Shown one piece after another: positions 58,499 through 64,000 of a DNA stretch of 64,000 bases. The position numbers and the translations under genes were made by a program. The DNA comes from an uncultured Acidobacteriaceae bacterium. GTDB taxonomy: Bacteria > Acidobacteriota > Terriglobia > Terriglobales > Acidobacteriaceae. The notes beneath the pieces were generated by a model, which did no database searches, was not told the DNA's origin, and saw nothing but the letters and a program-made list of their open reading frames with translations. Position 1 is the first letter of the stretch, and every line of letters begins with the position of its first letter. The stretch covers positions 1,161,837 through 1,225,836 of the forward strand of contig CAWGZD010000007.1 in NCBI GenBank assembly GCA_963827005.1, written 5' to 3'.

Positions 58499-58676
58499 AA
58501 TCGCTCCTTCTTTTTCAAATGCAGATATAGAGAAGCTCCCTATCTAGTTTTCTGTTTCGGTAAACGGCGCAGCGGCAATCGTACGCTGTCAATTCTAAAT
58601 CAAGATAACGGCGCAGAGTGGAAACGGTCATGAGTGGTTTGGCGAACGACTAACGAGAAACGACCAAAGCGGTTTC

Positions 58677-59273
58677 CTAACGTAAACCGTCTTCGCCTTT
58701 GATCTGATCCTTCGTCAGCCCACCGACGCGCGCCAGCGGGCGCCCGCTATTCGTGACAGCGACCGCGACCATGATCTCGTTGGCCCGGGGAGCGTCATTG
58801 ATTCGCACCTCCATGCCATCGAAGTGGCTGCGGACGAAGGCAGCGTCTTTGTGCCCCAGAGGAATGTCGAGGGCGACGCCCATGCCGCCTCGCTTCTTGG
58901 AAGATGGGATGAGTGCGGCGCCCTTGCCGAGAACTCGCCGCACTGGCGCGCCGAGTTTAGGATGCAGAATCGCCGCGGCGTGCTCGAGTTCGCCGTTCTC
59001 ACCGACCGCGGCGGCCTTGCCATAACTCTCGACACTGGTCGCCTGCACACCCAGAGCGGCAACCGCGCGAAGCGTGAGCAGTTCCCCGAGTTCCTCGCCG
59101 ATCTCCATCAACGCAGACAGGTCGTCGACGTATTTTCCGGGAAAAGGATTTTCAATCACTGCGACTGCCGCGGCGCGGCGCGTGGGAGGATCGATGGTCC
59201 GGCCCATTTCGCTCTTTGTCTCTTCAAGAAAGGTTGCAATCTTGCGGATCTTCGCTGTCGTAGAGGCTTTCAT
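58677..59273 (-). CDS. 'amino acid synthesis' family protein (DUF1185/PF06684-like), paralogue 1
   Basis: RRAAAVAVIENPFPGKYVDDLSALM..SYGKAAAVGENGELEHAAAILHPKLG..LDIPLGHKDAAFVRSHFDGMEV..GLTKDQIKGEDGLR. Confidence 0.65.
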   Translation of the reverse strand: MKASTTAKIRKIATFLEETKSEMGRTIDPPTRRAAAVAVIENPFPGKYVDDLSALMEIGEELGELLTLRAVAALGVQATSVESYGKAAAVGENGELEHAAAILHPKLGAPVRRVLGKGAALIPSSKKRGGMGVALDIPLGHKDAAFVRSHFDGMEVRINDAPRANEIMVAVAVTNSGRPLARVGGLTKDQIKGEDGLR

Positions 59274-59854
59274 CGCAGTCCGTCTTCTCCTTTAATCTCC
59301 GAGGCTTTGAGGCCGCCAACGCGGGCATGAACGCGGGGGCCGGTGGTCATCACCAGCGCCAGCAGAATCTCATCGGCCCGTGGGGCATCGGCCACGCCGA
59401 CTTCCATGGAATCGAAGTGACTTCGCACGTAGGATGCATTGATGTGCGTGATGGGAACATCGAGCCGAGTGCCGGGTCCGCCAACTTTTTTCGTTGAAGC
59501 CACGATCGCCTTCGCGTCGCCAAGGATCTCGCGCATGGCATAGCCTCCCGGCACGTGCCATAAAGCTCCGTGCTCGAGCTCTCCGTTCGCGCCAACAATG
59601 GCTCCCTTGCCATAACCTTCAACGACTTTTGCATCTCCGCCCAACGCGGCGATCAGGGAGTGCGCCATTTCGAGGCCGAGCGGTTTCAGATCGTCCATGA
59701 ACCCTACAATTTCCTGCACGTACGAACCTGCAAACGGATTGCGAATGATTGCCAGCGCCGCAGCGCGGCGAAGCGGCGTGGCCGAGACGGGACCACCCTC
59801 ATGAAATATTTCCTCGACGACCGTAAATTTCTTTCGAACGTGAACCTCAGGCAT
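59270..59854 (-). CDS. 'amino acid synthesis' family protein (DUF1185/PF06684-like), paralogue 2
   Basis: MPEVHVRKKFTVVEEIFHEGGP..RRAAALAIIRNPFAGSYVQEI..GYGKGAIVGANGELEHGALWH..LDVPITHINASYVRSHFDSMEV..GLKASEIKGEDGLR. There is a 4-nt overlap with paralogue 1. Confidence 0.65.
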   Translation of the reverse strand: MPEVHVRKKFTVVEEIFHEGGPVSATPLRRAAALAIIRNPFAGSYVQEIVGFMDDLKPLGLEMAHSLIAALGGDAKVVEGYGKGAIVGANGELEHGALWHVPGGYAMREILGDAKAIVASTKKVGGPGTRLDVPITHINASYVRSHFDSMEVGVADAPRADEILLALVMTTGPRVHARVGGLKASEIKGEDGLR

Positions 59855-60752
59855 GGATGAGACTCCTGCTGGATTTCTCTGGACCAGCGACAAATTGGCC
59901 TGACTCGAGGCTTGCACCGGCAATGCGAGTCTCGCCAGAGAGTCGGAGCGCCGCGGAGTGGACCAACCCCTCCGACACGAGCGAACGCGCGACTGCAACG
60001 CCTCGATCGAGTGCGGCTGCAATCTCTTCGTGGAAAAGTTTTCCCACCCCTTGGGTCACGAGCCGGTCTCCCAGGTCGCTATCGGGAGCGAGGCAGCGGG
60101 CGGGCAAGCGCATGATCGCTGGATGACTCGGCAAGTCCACAGCGTTGGCGATGATGGTAGCGGCGGCGTCGGCCGTGGCCGCACGGTCGGCAAGAACCGT
60201 AACCGCATCGGCAATGCCGAGTGAAAAGCTGCGGCCGCGCCAACCGCTGGTAGCAATGCCTCGTACCGGCTGCGCCGAGTGCAACTCAACTTTGCCAAAG
60301 AGTGATGGACGATCCGGACGCTCGACCATGCCCACAAAAAAGCGTTCTCCAGGCGAGAGATGCAGCGCAATATCCCCGCCGTTATTAACGTAGGCACGGG
60401 AAAGCGTTGCCGCAGAGCTCATGCAGTCCAGGATTTCCTCCGCGACTGCGCCCGCCACAGCCGCCATCGGAGTGATGAAGGTTCGCTCGCGGTAGGGCAT
60501 GACGGCTGCCGTCATGCGTCTCGCGACAACGCCTACTGCCGGCGGACTACTCGCTGTCGCAGGCTGCCGCAGAAGCGGAAGCTCCTCGCAGAGTTCGTCG
60601 AGCACCGTGACGAAGCGCTCGGCCGCCGCGCGATAGGCCGCATTCACTTCGCTGACGGGCGCAAAGGCCTCGACGACCAGATCGATGGGTCCATCGTGCA
60701 GATGCAGGCGGCGGCCATCGGGCAAGAGTCTTACCTGCGCGCGCGTCCTCAT
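59847..60752 (-). CDS. UPF0280 family protein (ApbE-like fold)
   Basis: LHLHDGPIDLVVEAF, then FITPMAAVAGAVAEEI, then NNGGDIAL, then GIATSGWRGRSFSLGIADAVTVL. Its ends overlap both neighbours (8 nt and 4 nt). Confidence 0.6.
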   Translation of the reverse strand: MRTRAQVRLLPDGRRLHLHDGPIDLVVEAFAPVSEVNAAYRAAAERFVTVLDELCEELPLLRQPATASSPPAVGVVARRMTAAVMPYRERTFITPMAAVAGAVAEEILDCMSSAATLSRAYVNNGGDIALHLSPGERFFVGMVERPDRPSLFGKVELHSAQPVRGIATSGWRGRSFSLGIADAVTVLADRAATADAAATIIANAVDLPSHPAIMRLPARCLAPDSDLGDRLVTQGVGKLFHEEIAAALDRGVAVARSLVSEGLVHSAALRLSGETRIAGASLESGQFVAGPEKSSRSLIHA

Positions 60753-62230
60753 CGGTTGGACCTCGGAGGCTCGGTGTCATTCAGCGGCCAGGGATTCTGC
60801 GGGTTGGCTGAAACATGGCGGCGGCCTTCGCCATGCAGAATGGAATCGAGAGGGCGAACGTGATCGAGGTAGCCGCCGAGCGCAGCGTAATCTTTGAGCT
60901 TCAGCGTGAATTCTATGGGAGCGACCAGCGCCGGCGTGGGCACGTATCCGAATGCTTTTTCGGGCATGCGGCTCACGTCAACCATGAAAGTGATGCCGCC
61001 TCCCGGCCAAACATAAACCGGCGCGCCGCCGCAGGTGACGCGGGTTAGCGCGTCCCTGACCGAATGAGTAAGCCGCACCGGATTTTCGGTGACGCCGGCC
61101 CGCAGCGACCCTCCGGCTCCGCCCATGAACAGGACCGTAGTGAGCGCAGGTTCGCAATTCTCTTTGATGCGGGCGACCGATTCGCGGAGCTCGGCGGGCA
61201 ATTCTTTTTCCACCGGCCGCAGGGACTCGTCGAGTTCGTAATAAGCATGGTGTTCGCCCGTGGTGCTCACCATGAGCAACCGAAGCTTGGGCCATGCGAT
61301 CTTCGGATCGAACTCCTTCACGATAGATAGAGGATCGTCGATGTTCGTACCGCCCCACGCGGTGCCCGGTTCTGCCACCCGGAAGTAGCGCCCTGGAGTG
61401 GAACGCCGGCCCTTCATCTCAATGCCGGTCTCCGGAATGCCCAGCAATTTCCCTGCCTGGTGTTCGGAAAGTACGCCGGTGATGTGGTCATCGACGACGA
61501 CCACTTCATCGACCTTACCGTGCCACTGCCGGGCAAACATTCCGATTGTCGCCGAGCCGCAGCCCACACGCATCCGCTCTTCTCTGGCACCATCGACCAC
61601 CGGCGGCTCGCCCGCCTGCAGAATCATGGTGGCGCCTTCGTCGATCGTGAGTTCGACCGGCTTCCGGTCACACAGGTGCAACAGCGTCTCGCAGGTGACT
61701 GTACCTTCCCTGCGGCTGCCGCCGGTGAGGTGGCGAACTCCGCCCAGTGAGAGCATCTGCGAGCCGTATTCGCTGGTAGTGACGTGCCCAACCGGCTCGC
61801 CTTGTGCGCGTACCAGATTCGTCTCCGGTCCCAGGTATCGATCAGTATCGATCTTCACCTTGACGCCGCAGTAGCTGAAAATGCCTTCCGTGACCACTGT
61901 GACCATGTCCACGTCCTGCACGGCGGAGGAGATGATGAACGGAGCTGGCTTGTAGTCGGGATACGTCGTGCCTGCGCCGATGGCGGTCACAAAAGTGTCA
62001 GGGCCGCTCACGATGCGGCCATCCCATTCCTTTTCACGATCGAGGAAAGGGACGACCGATTCGCCGCGCGACAACGCGCGATCGAGCACAACGTGCGGAT
62101 CAATCCGTATTAATTGACCGTTGTCATTCGCGTAGCGGTCGCACGCACCGGTCCTTCCCGGCTTGATATAGCAGAGCACAGGGCAGGCATCGCAGCGGAT
62201 GGCGTCGTCATCAGCCACGAGCGCCTCCAT
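60749..62230 (-). CDS. 6-hydroxynicotinate reductase-like Fe-S protein (493 aa)
   Basis: The N-terminus MEALVADDDAIRCDACPVLCYIKPGRTGACDRYAN (Cys cluster) is what I recall for proteins annotated 6-hydroxynicotinate reductase. The start is taken at the internal ATG 62230 (GGGAAG upstream). Confidence 0.55.
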   Translation of the reverse strand: MEALVADDDAIRCDACPVLCYIKPGRTGACDRYANDNGQLIRIDPHVVLDRALSRGESVVPFLDREKEWDGRIVSGPDTFVTAIGAGTTYPDYKPAPFIISSAVQDVDMVTVVTEGIFSYCGVKVKIDTDRYLGPETNLVRAQGEPVGHVTTSEYGSQMLSLGGVRHLTGGSRREGTVTCETLLHLCDRKPVELTIDEGATMILQAGEPPVVDGAREERMRVGCGSATIGMFARQWHGKVDEVVVVDDHITGVLSEHQAGKLLGIPETGIEMKGRRSTPGRYFRVAEPGTAWGGTNIDDPLSIVKEFDPKIAWPKLRLLMVSTTGEHHAYYELDESLRPVEKELPAELRESVARIKENCEPALTTVLFMGGAGGSLRAGVTENPVRLTHSVRDALTRVTCGGAPVYVWPGGGITFMVDVSRMPEKAFGYVPTPALVAPIEFTLKLKDYAALGGYLDHVRPLDSILHGEGRRHVSANPQNPWPLNDTEPPRSNR

Positions 62231-64000
62231 TCTTCCCGCTTGTTTTCGCGCTCGATGCACTCGCCAGCATCGCTTCGCGTATGCGATCGGGCGTGGCGGG
62301 AACCCGGCGCATGCGCACGCCGGTCGCGTGGTGAATCGCATTCAGAATGGCAGGCGCAGTTGGAATCACGGCCTGCTCTCCAATTCCTTTTGCTCCGAAC
62401 GGCCCTATGGACGAGGCATCTTCAATCAGGATGAATTCGACTGCGGGGATGTCGCCGGCCGAAGGAATCAGATAATCGTGCAGGTTCTCGCCTTTGCCGG
62501 GAAAAAATTCTTCCATCAATGCCATTCCGATTCCCTGGGCGACGCCGCCCTCGATTTGCCCTTCAATCAAAGTCGGATTGATGGCGCGCCCCACGTCGTG
62601 AGCGGCAACGATCTTGAGCACGCGCACCGTCCCGAGTTCAATATCGACGGCAATCTCGGCTAGGTGAGCGCCGAATCCGTAAACCGCATACGGAACACCC
62701 TGGCCGTTTTCATCGAGCGCGCTGGTCGGGGGATCGAACGTCTGCTCGGTGGTGAGCACGTAGCCATGCTTATCGAGCGGCAGGTTCTGCAAGCAGACGC
62801 TGCTCTCCTTTCCGTCGGATCGAACCGTCAACGTGCCTTCGCCAAACTCGATAACCGCATCGTCTTGATCATGAACTTTTCGAAAACCAGCCAGCCGAAG
62901 AATCGCACGCCGCAGTTCTTTTCCCGCCATGTGCGCGGCTTTGCCCGTGACCAGGGTCTGCCGTGACGCGGAGGTCTTGCCGCAATCCGGCGTGATCGAG
63001 GTATCGCCGGAAATCAAGTCGAAGCAGTCGATGGGCGCGCGCAACGCGTCGGCACAAATCTGCGTCACGATAGTATTCGATCCCTGTCCAATGTCGACCG
63101 CTCCCTGGTGTAGCGCAATTCTGCCGTCGCGCTTCAGGCCGATGCGCATCGTGGAGGGGTTAGGCAGCGACGTGTTGCCGCATCCATACCACATTCCAGC
63201 CACGCCAACGCCGCGACGAATCGGGCCGTTGGTCATGGAATTAAATTCGACCGCTTCGGCGCGCGCCGCATTCCACCGCGGGCGCAAGGCTTCAAAGCAC
63301 GCGCGAATGCCGACACCTTCTCCCATGACCTGGCCGGTGACCGTGGGAGTATGATTGCCCAGCGCGTTCAGGATGCGAAACTCCAGCGGATCGATTCCGA
63401 GGCGGATGGCGAGATCGTCATAGAGTTGCTCTTGAGCGATCGCCATCTGCGGCACTCCAAATCCGCGAAACGCTCCGGCAGGAACGATGTTGGTGTGAAC
63501 GGCACGCGTGAGGGCGCGGTAGTTCGGAACTACGTACGGCCCGGAAGCGTGCACCGGAACCCGCGCGGCAACCGTGGGGCCCCACGAGGAGTAAGCGCCG
63601 GTATTGAAGTCGGCGGTGAAGTCGAGGGCCAGGAGTTTTCCGTCCGCGCTGGCTCCGACCCGGCAATGCATGCGCGCGGGATGGCGTTTGGTGGTGCACA
63701 TGATCGACTCGGTGCGCGAATAAACCATGCGCACGGGCTGCCGCAAATGCCACGCCGCTAGCGCGAGAAACGGCTGCACTGACAAGTCCAGCTTGGTTCC
63801 GAAGCCGCCGCCGACCGCTGTCGGAATAATCCGCACGGCGTCATCGGCAATGCCAAGCAGCTTCGCGATATCGGCGCGGTCCATATAGGGCGACTGGGTG
63901 CAGGCCTGGATCTCGATACGGTCGCCGATGCGCCGGGCAAATCCCGCTTCCGGCTCAATGCAAGCATGCTCGACAAAGCCGGTTTCGAATTCGCCTTCCA
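62211..64000 (-). CDS. xanthine dehydrogenase/aldehyde oxidase-family molybdopterin-binding large subunit, 5' end outside window
   Basis: The same frame continues to the window edge (GEFETGFVEHACIEPEAGFARRIGDRIEIQACTQSPYMDRADIAKLLGI). It carries GGGFGTK, the HASGPYVVPNY..RGFGVPQ blocks, and a C-terminal GIGEQAVIPTAPAILNAI. Confidence 0.85.
   Translation of the reverse strand, partial: EGEFETGFVEHACIEPEAGFARRIGDRIEIQACTQSPYMDRADIAKLLGIADDAVRIIPTAVGGGFGTKLDLSVQPFLALAAWHLRQPVRMVYSRTESIMCTTKRHPARMHCRVGASADGKLLALDFTADFNTGAYSSWGPTVAARVPVHASGPYVVPNYRALTRAVHTNIVPAGAFRGFGVPQMAIAQEQLYDDLAIRLGIDPLEFRILNALGNHTPTVTGQVMGEGVGIRACFEALRPRWNAARAEAVEFNSMTNGPIRRGVGVAGMWYGCGNTSLPNPSTMRIGLKRDGRIALHQGAVDIGQGSNTIVTQICADALRAPIDCFDLISGDTSITPDCGKTSASRQTLVTGKAAHMAGKELRRAILRLAGFRKVHDQDDAVIEFGEGTLTVRSDGKESSVCLQNLPLDKHGYVLTTEQTFDPPTSALDENGQGVPYAVYGFGAHLAEIAVDIELGTVRVLKIVAAHDVGRAINPTLIEGQIEGGVAQGIGMALMEEFFPGKGENLHDYLIPSAGDIPAVEFILIEDASSIGPFGAKGIGEQAVIPTAPAILNAIHHATGVRMRRVPATPDRIREAMLASASSAKTSGKNGGARG

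Overview
High-GC (visibly over 60%) bacterial chromosomal window. The gene content looks Acidobacteriota/Terriglobia-like: orphan MacB/FtsX permeases, a GloVer-repeat protein, Ser/Thr kinases fused to TPR or PD40 domains, CadC-like winged-helix-TPR regulators, and GTCATCC/GTCATTCC-type REP elements. This taxon call is inference only.

Layout:
- 1-33.8 kb is mostly housekeeping: prmC, purF, purL, selB, trmFO, der, a DinG-like helicase, queDEC, pilT, and moeA-moaC-mog.
- 33.8-35.5 kb is a small AT-richer islet with a strong promoter, small ORFs and a PD-(D/E)XK endonuclease.
- 40.2-45.4 kb holds three copies (one truncated) of one IS110-family element. Just downstream, 47.3-48.2 kb is a tandem array of the repeat the IS appears to target.
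- 55.3-64 kb is a tightly coupled cluster that looks like a variant nicotinate/nicotinamide (N-heterocycle) catabolic module. It contains a Mo-hydroxylase, a 6-hydroxynicotinate-reductase-like protein, UPF0280, two DUF1185 proteins, a bicupin, an enamidase-like amidohydrolase and a nicotinamidase-like hydrolase.

One tRNA-Met is present. I saw no rRNA and no CRISPR.

Main caveats:
- Many genes, above all in the first 14.8 kb, are only readable across several frames. These are single-nt indels and probably sequence errors, so coordinates of those genes are whole-gene approximations.
- All family calls come from motif recognition by eye. No database search was run.
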